Shown here: in pieces, positions 51,186 to 64,000 of the stretch
Layout: each line of letters begins with the position of its first letter
How positions within the stretch are numbered: the stretch's first letter is position 1
Source: Peribolospora baueri
Taxonomy: Eukaryota
Length of the DNA: 64,000 nt
Direction of reading: 5' to 3'
NCBI GenBank assembly: GCA_029717555.1
Contig: JAMDHS010000058.1
Location: forward strand, 1-64,000
The notes under the pieces: generated by a model
The model's database searches: none
What the model saw: the letters and a program-made list of their open reading frames with translations, nothing else
What the model was told of the DNA's origin: nothing
Program-made: the position numbers and the translations under genes

Positions 51186-54100
51186 CTATCTTCGGCGTCG
51201 AAGAAATGCGAAAACGGTGGCGGCGAAGCACCACCGCCACCACCACGCGCGGGAAAGGGGCAGGTAAAGCATGTCGTCTCGGTCGATCGCGTAACCCCGC
51301 GCCCGAAAAACCGCTTCTTCGCTCTCCGGCTCCCTCTGACCGTGCAGTTCCTCGAAGATGGCCTTGAGGTGTCGGCCGTGAGCGTAGGCCTCGGCAAAGC
51401 GCCTGCGGACCTCCGGAGCGAACGATGCTGATGACTCTACCTGGGTGAACGTGAGCCACGGCTGCGTCCACGTTCTCCTCATCGTCCTCGTGGTGCAGCC
51501 GGGACAGTGCGTCCACTTTGACGTGGCACCGTCCAGGGCGGTGCCGAATGTCGAGTCTCGATCGATACTGGCTGAGGATGAGCGACCAACGAAGTAGCCG
51601 ACTATTAAGCTTCGCGGGGGCCACACCACGCGGGTTTGTCTCCTCGAAGAAGTTTGTGATCGCCATGTGGTCGGTGTAGATGACGTGCTTGCCGGCATCG
51701 GAGTTGTCGATGAAATGCCGAAGCTTCGTCGCCATCCAGACGAGATACGCGACTTCCAGCTCGGTTGGCCTGTAGCTCCGCTCGGACGAAGTCAGCGTCC
51801 TGAAGAGGGACAGAACAGGGCGCTCGTTGCGTCGATCGGATGGGTCGGACCCGGGGGGCACCTGGTGCACGGCGATCGCCATCCCGTACTTCTTGCTCGC
51901 ATCGCAACAGAAGGTGAAAGGCTGGGAGAAGTCGGGGTGGATGACGGCAGGGAAGCTGCTGAGGATCACCTTCAGCTTGTCGAAGCAGCGGCGGGCCGCC
52001 TCAGTCGTCACGACAGTGGTTGAGTCGACGAAAGCCTTGCTTTGCGAGCCCGCCCAGGCCTACGGCGCCTTCTTGAGACCCTGAACCTTGAGATGCTGCA
52101 AGGGCTCGATGAGGCCGGCGAAGTGTGCGATGAGATACCGGTAATAGGAGAAGAATCCGATCTGGGACTCCAGGTCCGCCAAGGTCCGTGGGAACGCGAG
52201 CTTGCGCACTGCCTCGGTCTTCTCCTCGGTCGTTGTGAGCCCCAGGCGGTCGACCACATGCCCGAGGAGCTGGACCGAGTGGTAGCCGAGGTGCGACGGG
52301 GAGTGGGTGAGGCCAACCCGCTGGACTCTCTGAAAGACCTCCTCCAGATGCCGGAGATGGGAGTCGAAGTCGCCGGTGTACACCACGATGTCGTCAACGT
52401 AGCAGGGAACGAAGTCCCAGCAAACCCCATCGAAGAGACGGTCCATGAAGCGCTGCAGGAAGCCTGGACTGTCGAGGAAACCCATCTGCGCAACGTTGAG
52501 CATCTCCTGCCCACGGTGCGTGATGACAGCAGTCTTCCACCTGTCCTCCTTCTTCAACGGCGTCTGGTAAAACGCTTTGGTGGCGTCGAGAGAGGAAATC
52601 CAGTGCGCGCCCTTGACGACGCCGCGAATGTCGTCCTAGTGGGGCAGGGGATACGGCTCGAGCGAGACGAGCTGATTCAGGCCGCGAAGGTCGACAAAGA
52701 GCCTGGGCTTCCCGTGCTGCCAGGTGACGAAGACCGGCCATCCGCACGGACCGTTCCCAGGGGAGAGCCTTCCTTCCTCCTTGAGCTTATCGAAGACTTC
52801 GTCAACAGCTCTCCTATCGCGCGCGGAAAGCTTGTAGATCTTCGGCCGAGGAATCCGGCTCTCCGACCCGGGCTGCAGCGGAATGCCCATCTCCGTACCG
52901 TCGTTGATCAGCCCCAACCGCGACGACTAGGTGGGCTCGTATTTGCGCACGAGCTCGCGCAGCGCGTCGACCTGCTCGGACGTGATGTCATCCTTAGAGT
53001 TGACGCCCACCTGGTCCGATCCGGCACGTCGTCGGGTGCGGAGGCAACGGTGTCGAGGGGCGACGTGCCTAGGTCCAGGGTGTCGGGCGCCGTGTCGAAG
53101 CCATCGGCGGTGAACGCCTGGGCGAGGTGCTCTTCGACGCGAATGCAGGGCGACGCGGGGAGTGCGTGCGGGGAGCTGTCCGGCGAGACGGCCGCATGTC
53201 ATCAATGGTGGCCCAAGACACCGTGGGTCCTGCGTCGTCGTACTCGCGCAAGTAGCCCAAGCGCTGGTCTCGGTGCAGCTTCACCAAATGTCGTCCCAGG
53301 TTCGAGTACGGAACGGCCGTCGTCCCTCTACTCATGACCGCGTGCGGGGCGCTGGCGAAGATGTCTCGCAACTCGTCGGTCTTGGCGATCGGGACGAAGT
53401 AATAATCCCGGTCGTCCTGAAGAGACGCGGTGGCGAACTGAATCGGGATCGCCCAGCGCTGTCGAGGCTGGACGACCATGCTCCGCGCGGCCTTTACCAC
53501 GATCTTTCCTCCAAGCTTCGGCCCGCACCTTCGCCACCGCCGACTCGCATGCCCGGATGACGCACGTTCCACGGGCGGTGTCGATAATCATCCCGTGGTC
53601 TTGATGACGTCCATGCCGATGAGGAGGCCGCACGCCAAGCTGGGGACGACGTGAAACTCGCCGCGCACATGTGCCAGGCCCGTGCTCGTCGGTACGTAGA
53701 AGTCGAGCACTGCGAAGGAGGTGGAAGCGTGGCTGGACGTGCCCACGCCGCGGACTGACATAGGGGTCTTGGTGCTCGCGATGGTGACCTTGTCGAAGCG
53801 CTTGAGGACGTCGGGGGCAACGAGAGACACGCCGGCTCCGGTGTCCAAGCAGACGGTGATCGGAGCGGCGCGTCGGCGGCCGGGAGCACGTCCATCTCCA
53901 GGAAGTTGGATGACCGTAGACGGTGCCGAGATCGTCTCTGGGGTCGGCACGGGGGATGACGCGAGGGGGAGCCGCCATGGGCTTGTCGGCATCGGTGGAT
54001 GGCTTCCCTTTCAGCACCAGAGGAGGTCGGACGTCCCTGACCGCGCGCTTCGCCGGCCCTACTGACACATGACCGACCAGGGCGTGGGCGCCTTCCTCCT

Positions 54101-55962
54101 CGGATTCGGGCTCCGTCGCCGGGCCTGCGGGCGACTCCGTTCGCGCCATAGAGGTGCTGCAGCTCGCCGTACCCTACCCGGATGACGAACGTCTGGTCTC
54201 TACTGTCACTCCCGTCCGAAAGATCGTCCTCGCCCGTGGCTTCGTCTCCTCCTCCTCCCGTCCTCACGTGGTGAGCGCGAGCCGTCACACAGTCGTGCTC
54301 GTTGTCCCAGTGGTCGCCGCCGCAATGTCGGCAGGACGTCTCATCGTCCCGGTCGACCGGTGGGGTGTGACTGACCGGGGGAAGCGATGCGGCGGTCTTC
54401 CTCTTCGGGACGGCGTCGGTGATGGGCGATTGTCGGGGGGAGCCGAATGACGCGGGTGGGCAGCGATGGCTGGCGACGGCGAGTCCCGCGCGGGGGCGCC
54501 CCCGTCCTTGTAGCTCAGGGTCGAGGGGGCGGGACGGCGCGAACGTTGGTGCTCCCGCCGTGCTGCTCGATGCTCATCGCGCGTTTGAAGAAGCGCTCGA
54601 GTGACTCGTCGTCATCGGTGATGGGAAGGCGGCTTTGGAACTCGGCGGGCAGGCCCTCCCACAGCTCGTACATGACCTCCCCGGACCCGGTCATCCCGGC
54701 GTCTCAGCGCGCGCACCTTGGCCTCGTGGTACACCGCGGAAGACGGCGTGTCGTCGAAGCGGTAGGTGATCGCCCTTGCGCAGGCGCGCGCCTCGTAGGT
54801 GGGGAGACAAGAACCGCTCCTGGAGCAGCCCCCACCACTTGTTCCGGTCCCCCCGCAGGTTGAGCTTGGTGCTCTCGCTTAGGTTGTAGTACCAGTCGAA
54901 GGCCGAGCCTTTGAGGCAGGCCGGGAGGACGCTGAGGACCGCCAACTTGCCGTGCTGGAAGCAGCACTCGCGTATCCGGTCCTTAAAGAGGGACAGGCCG
55001 CACCGGGAGGAATCGTCGTTGTCCGGATTGAACAAGAAGATGTCCTCTGGTCGTACTGCTGGTCGCGGCGGAGGGGCGGTGTGGAACCGGGGCGGCGAGG
55101 GCGCGCGCTGTCGAAGGAGCGTCGACGTCGGATCCGGTTGCGCACGACGTCCTGCACGGTGGGCGGTCGCCTCCGCTGCCTCCCGAGTCTCCGGGCTGAC
55201 CTCCCCTTGCCGCGGGGCTACGCGAGTGGCGTTGAGAGTCTCTAGGAGCTGGCGCTGGTACTCCCTGGCCTCTGCTCGTTCCTGGCAGCGCTGCTGCTCA
55301 GCCTCTACTCGGCGCTGCTCAGCCTGCTGCTGGAGGAAGACCTGCATCCACCTGAGCATCTCGCCTCCATCTCTCTCTTTCTCGGACTCGTCCTCTCCTC
55401 CAACTGATCCGCGGGGTCGGCAGGAGCGGATCGGACGGAGCCGCTCGGAGAAGCCGGTCGCACCGGAGTTCGGCGGGGCGGCATGGCGGAGGGGGGAACG
55501 TGTCAAGGGAAGAGGGGCAAGGAAGCGACGGAGGTTCTTGTGCCGCCGGGGCGGGGGTGGGGCGAGCACCGGCGGGCTCGACTGCGAGGGCCGGGCGACG
55601 GCGTCGACAGCTTGGGGTAAGCCGTTGTCATGGACGGCGACGAGCGTATCGAGGGCGGCTTCGTGACGATCGCGCGCGCGTGCGACGTCCTCCCGCGAGT
55701 GGCGACGGGCGAAGGGAAAGTGAAAGGCGCGTTTCTTTGATAGCCTTGGCCTCGGCCAGTACGGCGAGAGGAAAGCAAGCGTCTGGGCGAGGTCGACAAC
55801 TCGACGTGAGCCAGCTCGCCCAGGCCGGTCGTCTTGCCGAGCGCATCGGCGAGCTAGAGGAGCTGGCGGCGAGGACGCGGACGCGAACGTGAACCTGAGC
55901 GGAGGGCTCGTCGGCCTGGTCGTGCATGGCGGAGATGATGGACTGGACGAGCGAGTCTGCAC
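51186..55962 (-). mobile_element. Degenerate Ty3/Gypsy LTR retrotransposon internal region (gag, protease, RT, RNase H; integrase core absent; no LTRs recognised)
   Basis: gag-like PEDIFLFNPD...LPACLKGSAFDWY; protease CLDTGAGVSLV; RT PRLFVDLRGLN..YPLP, LDATKAFYQ, YVDDIVVY, LLGHVV; RNase H CDASKKYG...TELEV...YTDH. Domain order PR-RT-RH. Multiple stops and frameshifts; boundaries approximate. Confidence 0.9.
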
Positions 55963-56144
55963 CTCGTCCCACGCGCAGGGCTCGAGGAGGACGGCGCGTG
56001 GCGGCGGTGGCAGCGGCGGTGGGCAACTGGATGCCCTCGCGCCTCGGCGTCCTTCATCACGAGTTCGGCGGCGGCGTCGGCGCAGTAGAGAGACGAGTGT
56101 GGTAGGGCGCAGAGATTTTGAGAGGCAAGGCGCAGACGCGGGGT

Positions 56145-57728
56145 TTAGGCGGGTGCGACTGGGAGGTACGCTTGTTCGTCTCCTCTATCCAAGTAGAAAT
56201 GCGTAGAGGGCGGCAAGGGGACCGGAGATGGAGATTTCGGAGGAAGAGGTGATGGCGCTGATGTAGAGGGCTCGGGAGGCCGTCCTTTCCTGAAAGCGGG
56301 CGGGCAAAAGCAAAAGCGAGGGCGAGGTGAGAAGAGGAGGGAGGTAGGGGGAGGGGAGCAGTAGCCGGAGCCCTGGCGGCTCGAAAGTCGATCCAAAAGC
56401 AGAGCCGCACGGCCTGGACCGACGCGGCGAGGAGGCGGTCTGCGACGTCGGAGCAGGTGTGAACGCGCGGGCGCCGACGCCGACGCGGGTGGCGAAGGGG
56501 CGTCGTCGTGGGGCGGTGAAGGAGACTGGCCGGACCCGAGTTCTACGATGGCGACGGCGATCTGGGTCGCGCAGAGCAGCGCGCCGTTGACCGCCGCATC
56601 TTGCCAGCCGGACTGGGCCTGGTAGTTGAGGACGGCGTGCCAGGACGACCAACGACAGGCGGCGGCGGCGGCGGCGTTGTCGTCCAGCGAGGTCGCAGAG
56701 ACGGCCAGTCGGAACGGCCGATGCTGAACGCCGCAAGCGGAGGTGGCCACCTCCAAGAGGGACAGAAGATTAGGCTCGGCGTCGCGCCGTCTCTCGTCGA
56801 GCCACGCGATGAGTGGTGCGCCTCTGCTCCAGGGTCTCGACGGACTTGGCGGACAAGAGGATGAGGTGGTTTTGCCCTCTCTCCGACGACCGCCAAAGCT
56901 TGCTGTCCATCGGCGCGCGGCGATCTCGGAGATTGGTAGGTGAGTCTGCACCGCTTTGACGCGGTAGGTCTGCTGCTTCCGGAGGGGTCAGAAGAGGAAG
57001 TGCGTACCTCGATATCAAAGGCCGAATCCTGAAATTGGTGCACACCATCGTCGATCTTCTTAAGACGCTCCAGCAAGGTTTGTGTGCTAGCTGACCCTTC
57101 GCGTTACGCTCAGCTTTGGCGGTGCGAGCCGCCCTTGGCGGGTGGGATGCCGGGCGTGATTGAGAGGCTGCCCTCAGGGGCGTCCGCTACGGGGGCGTCT
57201 TGAAAGAAGGGAAAGTCCGCGTAGACGGCCACGAACTGATGGTGAGAGTTACATAGATGGTGGTCGTCCTGAAGGCGCTGATGAGCAAGAAGCTTACTAA
57301 AGCGGTGGCCGCAAAAAAAGAATTCTTTTTGTAGGGACGTGCGACTCGAGATTGGACGTGACGTAGAGCTCGTGACAGACGAGGTCACCCTCGTCCACAT
57401 GGCCGGAGGGAGCGCCGAAATTCGAACTCATCGTCGTCCGGTGGCGCCTTAGACGCCACTTCGCGGAAGCGTGCGATGTGCTCGGCAAAATGCTGGTAAA
57501 TGCGGCCAGGCATAGATCTGACGGGGGTCACGAACATGTCCAGAGGTCGAGATGGTCAGTCATAGGCAGGGTGCGGGAGTGGCATTGACGGATTAATCGA
57601 ACCTCGCCCTTGACGGTAAGTAGTATCGGCGCTCGGTCTGAGACCTCCAGGATGGTCACGGACCTGGCTCGACGTACCAGGTTTCCGCCTCGCAGTGGAC
57701 AAGCCGTACGAAGGAAGAGAAAGGACAT
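56145..57728 (-). pseudogene. Possible relic of a spliced protein-coding gene of unknown family
   Basis: Protein-like ORF pieces (ERLKKIDDGVHQFQDSAFDIE; QTYRVKAVQTHLPISEIAARRW; SWHAVLNYQAQSGWQDAAVNGALLC) with a GTACGC...CTGAC...CAG intron-like junction near 57007-56973. No continuous model could be built. Confidence 0.3.
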
Positions 57729-58372
57729 GATGGAGAAAGCAGTGCGACAGAGCGACGGTGGGCGGCGGCTGGCTGTAGAACGAACGAAAAAGGCGAATGC
57801 CCCGACGAGAGATAGGGTAGACCGAACCGTGTGAGGGAGCAGGAGTCAGACGGCATCTCTTTTAAGTGTCCCCGGGCCGATGTGAGGCCGAAAGAGAAGG
57901 ACAAGGACACTTTCACTTCGCACGTCAAGGAGGCCAGGAGGAGGCATGGTGTCTTCTACCTAGCCCGCCCGCGTCTCGTTTCTCCCCATAGCGCGAGTCG
58001 CGACCCGTCTTTGAGTCGCGACACTTTCCAGAATCGAAAGACCGCTTCTCTCCGGTTCCTCCGGACGTTGGGCGATAGTCCAAATGACATCTCAAATTTG
58101 TCGATCACTGGTAGGGCGGCTTTCAGCTCATCACCAGTCCGTCGCGTCCTTTCAGGTGGACAATTGCTTGCTATGTTCATTAAAATGACACACACATCGA
58201 CAAAAGAGCTACACTATTACTAGTCAATAACATACGTAAACGTGGACAGTCCGCACGCAACAAGGACAGGGACGATCGCGCGAGTGAGACAACGGAGTGG
58301 AAGCGAAGAAAGAGGTGAAAGGTTGCCTGGCGCTAACGGAACCACCAGTCGATGCGCTCGCGCACCGTTTCA

Positions 58373-60124
58373 CTACAGGAAAGCGCCCAGGAAGAGGCAG
58401 AACACGCCGAAGAAGCAGATCCCCACGGTGCGCATGCCAAGGGAGACGTTGGCGGCAAAGACGACACCGCCAGTCCTCGGATCGTTTTTGTCAAACCGGC
58501 GAAGCTGCGAGGCGAAGGAGAGGGCCCAGTAGACGGGGATCGAGGCCAGCACGACTCCGTTGGCGAAGCTGAGGACCTTCGAGGGCGTCCAAGGGGCATC
58601 AATATTGATCGAGACCAGTCGGCTAGGGGCGGAGGAAAAGAAGTCCGTCTGGACGAGGAAGATGGTGAGACCAAAGAGAACGACGACAGCAGAGACGAGA
58701 CTGCCCAAAAGCGTTTTGATGTGATTCTCGGTGAAGAAAACGGCGGTGGAGTTGATGTTGAGCTTCTTGTCGTCCTGCGCATCCTGGAAACCATAGGCAG
58801 TGTCGAAGTAGATGGCCCAGATTCCCGTCGTCAGCGCCAGCGGGATCACGGGTAAGATCGGCATCGGAGCACCGGCGGCGGCGGCTACGAGTGTGTTGCT
58901 CAGCTCGGCAAACCGTGCCTCGTTCAGCACGTTGGGAAGATAATGGAACGCCTGGGGCATCAACCAGGCCAACCACTCGGCGGCGCGGGAGAGCCAGATG
59001 TCGGTGGCACCGCTGGGAGCCAGAAGGTTCCAGCCGACGACCCAGCCCGTAAAGGCCGGCCAGGCGACGGCGGTGCAAAGGACGAGCTGAGGCCAAACGA
59101 AAAAGCGCTTGGCAAAGGGATAGATGGTGTAGATTATGTAGATCGGGAACGAGTGCCAGAACCTGGGAGAGGCAGAAAATCATGGGGGCAGGATCGGAGG
59201 GGAGCATGACATGCGTGTTAGTCCATTGGAACGGTATCTAAGCAGCACTTTGCTGTCCCCTCGGCTCATTCTCTGATGGCCGACAACGGGGCTGTCCTCT
59301 CTTAGATTAAAGGACTCTCTTCAAACTCACGCTTCGTAGCCGAGGAACACGATTGACAGCCAAGCCGTGAACGCCGCTTTAACGATGAACCAAGCGACGG
59401 CCGTAGGTACGGAGATGCGCCCCGTGGGCAGCGGCCGGTGGCACGTACGCCGAACCTTGGCGTCAATGTCCCTGTCGACCACGTCGCTGCAAGGGCGCGA
59501 TGCAAGGATCCAGACGTCAGTGCCGGAAAATTAACCTCGATGACGGCAATGTGCCAGTGGCGAGAACATGCTCACTTCCAGACGCAGAAAGAGGCATGCA
59601 GAAGAGTGAACAAGACCCAAGTAAGGGCAAAGCTGTAGACGAAGCGTGCGACTAGGCCAAGCTTCTGGTCCGCGGTCATATCAAGGGTGAATGCGATCTG
59701 CAACCTGTTCGAAGCGGCAATGCACAGTGCCCAAGCTGCAGAGCAAAGCGGCAGAGGGACGATCGACGAATTGGCGACGCCGGCATGTGGGGGAATGGTT
59801 AAGAGCAAAAGGTGAGGAAGAGTGGCACGGGTACGTCGGATAGAGTCACGAAGGGAGGGGGGCAGCCGCCGCTCAAAATGGTGCCCGCAACCCGGCCGAG
59901 CCGTCTTCTCGCCAAAGAACCCACTCACCTGCGGCGTAACATTGCAGCCTGCTTTCGGTCGTGTGCCACCTGCCGATCTCCACCAACGTGCTCAGGAACT
60001 GGCGAATGGCGGCTGGGCTGCCAAAGGGATAGGAAGGAGCACGGATAGGCCGCACCTCGTCGTCGACCGCGATGGCCTTTTCCGAAGGGTTGGTGCGGAC
60101 GTCCCGCCGACGCGCTATCGTCAT
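58373..60124 (-). CDS. UbiA-family membrane prenyltransferase (COQ2-like aromatic polyprenyltransferase), 4 exons
   Basis: Spliced motifs [27 protein letters not shown] (NDxxDxxxD..RP), YPFAKRFFVWPQ and YFDTAYGFQDAQDDKKLNINSTA (second Asp-rich motif); multiple TM helices. Confidence 0.9.
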
Positions 60125-61096
60125 CTTCGTCGTGGTCTTAGACACGGTTGCGCTGCAATCGGACTAGTCGGTGCGGTCCTGATGTTTGAACAGAATTTTG
60201 TATAAGCATCACATGAGGACGGCGTCGACAGCGAGTCTTCTCCGCGGGCCATTCGACCCATTCGCTATCTCGGCCGTCATCGTCAGCACGCACCGGCAAC
60301 ACAAGGGACGTTGAAGAGGCTCCTTGCATGGGCAGGGACGTATCTCGGGTACTGGGGGCGGAGCGGCAGCTTTTGTACTGCTGTCCGCCTCGCACTGGGA
60401 GGCCGGTCTCACAGCCACTGACTGGAGACTGGAAAAGAGAAAAATCCATGGTCGGTGTGTGGAGCGGCGTTGCGGAGGCACGGAAGAAGGCCTGACGCCC
60501 AAGTGAAACAAGGCAGGCGACCCTATGACCTCGCCGCTCCACAGCTGAGGCAAATGCACGGGCGAAGATTTCCACGCGCGCGCACAGATGTTCCGTGCAA
60601 GATAGTTGAGAGAAGAGCGTACGCATCCGGTGGTATCCTAGAAGCACGCGTACCTTGCTGTTGCTGTGCCTTGGCGACGGAACTCAGCCGACCTTTACTA
60701 TTCCGCTCACTAATGACTCGAGACAGAAGCCACAGTCAACTCTGTTCGGTTTCAGTCCGACACATTTGGTTGTGCCCCGCGCAGGCGAGCAGCATGTCAC
60801 TACTAGATCGCCTTCACCGCCCCGCTTTACCGCTCCGTCGGGGTAACGAACGGAGTGACGACATGACACCAGCACCGCCCCGTCCGCGAGCGGGTGCGTA
60901 CCGCCGACCGGTAGCGGGTGCGTGCAACCCCCGGCATGCGTCGGCTCCCTCGGCTTCAAAAATAGCCACGCAGAGCAGCTTCAAGCGATATCGTCTCCCA
61001 TGAACTAATCGGCATCCTTCAAAAGCAGGCTCTTGCTTCCGCACGCTCGTCCTTCCCCCCACGAGGTCCTCCCGGCAATCTGTCAACCCCTACGCC

Positions 61097-62618
61097 ATGG
61101 CCGCCCCGCCGCCCTTGACGCTACCCCAGCCGCCGTTCTTGCCAGTCACCGAGCCACTATGGGTGTCCAGTTGTTACATGTCCGCCTGCCTGGCGGTCTT
61201 TATATGGGAGTAAGTCTGCTTGTGTCCTTCCCTAATGGATTGGCTTGTCAACTTGTTTGGCAACTTGTTCAGCTCTGCCCTCCCCTAATGGAACGGCCTA
61301 TGAACGTTGTCAGCTTTGGCGCGATCTGATGATCTTTTGCTTCGTCTCGACGGCTACCAGCTATATTCTCACACTGCCGGCTGAGGTTCACTTTTATCGA
61401 ACCCGTGGCATGACGCCGGCGACCATCCCATTCGTGCTCTGCCGGTACATTGGCTTGCTTGGCTTGGTCGTCATCCTCGTCGCTGCGACCGCCTTTTTCA
61501 CCGAACCGGGCTGCCAAAAGTACGGTGTCATGGCGCCCTACATCAACAACATCATCACGCTCGCCTCGTCGGCCATCTTCGTCCTGCGCACATGGGGCAT
61601 TTACGGCAAGGACAAGCGGGCGCTCGTAGTGCTCACCATCCTCTTCCTCGGCCAGGCCGTCGCGACGCTCACCGTCTCGTACTATGTCATGCCGGTGCTC
61701 GGCTTTGGCGGCCTGGGGTGCATCCCTCAGGCGGACCCGAAGCACCCGGTGTACAACCTGTACTACGTCTTCAACATGATCTTCGACACTTGCATCGTCG
61801 CCATGTCATCCTTCCGGCTAGTGCGTCGCACGGGCGGAGAACACGCCACGACGCTGTACCACCGCTTGCTCAAAGACGGCGTGCTCTACTTCGTCGCCGT
61901 GTTGGCCATCAACGTGCTTAATACGGTCTTTTTCTCCTTCCAAGGCTGGCCGTTCATGGCAGTCAACGCTCCGTTTGGCGCCCTGGTCACCTCGGTCATG
62001 TCCTGCCGACTCGTCCTCCGCCCCTACCTCTCTGTCACTCCCTCTTCGTCGACGTCCGATCCGCTCGTACGGGGCATTGCCTCGCGCAGCAACGAAACGA
62101 GCAACCCCTCCAGGGGACCCGGCATCAGTGCCGTCGCCAGTGGAACGTCTGCAGGCGATTTTGACCTCGAATCTCGCCCCACCCCATTCGCCCGTGTTGC
62201 ACACAAACAACGCCCTTCCGTCAGTAGTCGGCCGGAGGAGATTCTCCGCGCCAGCGACGGCGGCCCGCCTTGGTCTAAGCTCCCGTCGACCTCGCACCCG
62301 TTCCATAACACCTCGGCGTCCGCACCTATCGCCATGCAGCCTTTGTTACCGAGTCATAGTCGCCCGGCGAAGGGGGCGGCGTCCCACTCGATGCCCGGCT
62401 CGAACTCGACTTTTTCTTCCTATCGACCGGAGGAAGCGAGCTCGAACGGGGCGACGCCGATCCAGGTGCACGTCTCCAAAGAGGTCGTCGTCGATGGGTC
62501 CGACCCGGACGACGACAGTCCTCCCCTTCTGCGGGACCGCGGCGGACAGCGTCCGTACGGCTCGGCCGGCGGCGTGCTGGGTGACATATCCGGGACGTAT
62601 CGCCCGCAAGCATTCTGA
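61097..62618 (+). CDS. Multi-pass membrane protein with DUF6533-type N-terminus and Ser/Pro-rich cytoplasmic tail (2 exons)
   Basis: Exon 1 ...CYMSACLAVFIW joins via a GTAAGT...CAG intron to DYILTLPAEVHFY. Then FVLCRY, LRTWGIY, FDTCIVAM, LLKDGVLYF and SVMSCRLVL, typical of this basidiomycete-expanded ~7TM family. Confidence 0.8.
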
Positions 62619-64000
62619 GATCGATCGGCCGATCTCCGTCGGTTGCCGAGCGACGGTGGCTCTCCTTCCATATCGGGCGGGCGCCTTGCGGTTGTCGACT
62701 TCCCTCTCGGCACGGCCGGTCTACCTACCCGTTTCTCCGTTCCTTCCCTTTCTCCTTCGGACCTCTTTTGCAAACAGTGCTATACCCGCCAACGCTTAGT
62801 TTAATTTCGTTGGGTGAGCGGCACATAATTCTCTAGCCAGCGAGCCCCACTTCGGACATGTAACGTAACGAATAGCGGACGAACCCTACGTATTGATTTC
62901 AAAAACGAGTCAGGAACGTGCGAAACGCTGCGCGGAGTGATGTACGAAGCGTCACGAAGCGTCATAGGCGAGTCAGAACGCTCGGGATCGTTTGCCGGCG
63001 CGCTCGGGTGTGCATGCACTAGACATCGTCGATGTTGCACGGCCTCGTTGGTCTTTGGTCTCGGTGAATGATTCTCGCTGAACGACTGGCCACCCACGTT
63101 GATCGTCGGAGCGCGTTCTGGCTTGTGCGCGTCACCTCAAGTGGAGGGGGTCACCGATGTGCCACCGCCGGCTGCGTATCGCCAGTATAGAGGGTAGTTC
63201 GGCTCTTGGAGCACCCGGAACTACGGATGGCTTTCTTCCGTCCCCATCACGCTACTCATGTCCGCGGACGCAAAAGAGTGGCGGTGAATATGAAGAGCGG
63301 TCGCAGATGGGGCGAGACAATGTGGTACTACAGCGTTTACATGGAGATGTTGTCCGTGTGCTGTGCTGTGTCTTGCGTACCGGTACGGCGCTCAAACCGA
63401 CCTAAATTAGCGCCCCATGGTGACAGTTGGCGCCGCAAGACGTGCTCACAAGTTAGTCTAGAATGGTTAGGAGGCGCGCACCATCGCCGCCCCGAGTGAG
63501 CGACGAAGAGGCTGATAGGAGCGCCACTGCGGTGCGACGGTGGTAGCGCGGTCCGCATGAGGCCATTGATTGATAACACACAGAGTACGGCATAGTAAAT
63601 ACAAGGAGCCCCAGGACGAGTGGAAGGAAACAAGGTAACGTGCCGTCGCTGGCACGCCATCATCCCTTGTACGCGACTTCAGACCGAATTGCCGTCCATG
63701 TGTGGGACAAATCCGCTCAACGTGAGTGGGCGAGTTATTGTTGCCTGGAGGCGAAAAAAACTGCCGCCACGGGCCGGCGGCCAGTGCAGAAGACGGCGCC
63801 CTCCATTTAAGCCGTCGAGTTCGAGATTCTGTCCCACCCAACCTGCGCAGGATTACAGCCGGGACCGTCACCTCCTTTCCGTCGTCCCTTCACACAACTC
63901 GCCGCGACCGAAAGTCCGCGCGACTTTTACCTGTGGCCCCCACCCCCCTCTTCAGCCCCGTTCGCCATCGGTCGCCATCATGCCCAAGTTGGAGTCGAAG

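Noticed and set aside
63980..64000. Possible gene start ATG CCC AAG TTG (MPKLESK) after a pyrimidine-rich leader
   Set aside because: Only seven codons before the window ends; cannot be supported.

Overview
Intron-rich fungal DNA; gene content and splice signals point to a basidiomycete (inference). There are three zones. (1) 1-12.4 kb is microsatellite-rich, with an MP88-like secreted/GPI mannoprotein gene, a C2H2 zinc-finger transcription factor and a ~7 kb gene-free upstream region. (2) 12.5-49.1 kb is a gene-dense block: TIP41, MSH5, cofactor-independent phosphoglycerate mutase, DNA pol delta subunit 4, RNase T2, a Zrg17-like CDF transporter, an intersectin/Cin1-like gene, a Yip1-family gene, BRO1, MED19/ROX3 and an atypical septin. 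(3) 49.2-64 kb is accessory-looking: a ~1.6 kb inverted-repeat structure enclosing a nested G/C palindrome, a degenerate Ty3/Gypsy element, a possible gene relic, a UbiA prenyltransferase and a DUF6533-type membrane protein. The most notable observations are the unexplained inverted-repeat/palindrome element, a predicted 53-nt antisense overlap of the MED19 and BRO1 coding ends, a stop-containing intron switching Cin1 between short and RhoGEF-bearing long forms, and a shared CACGTG-GATC promoter motif. All gene models were spliced by eye and no database searches were run.
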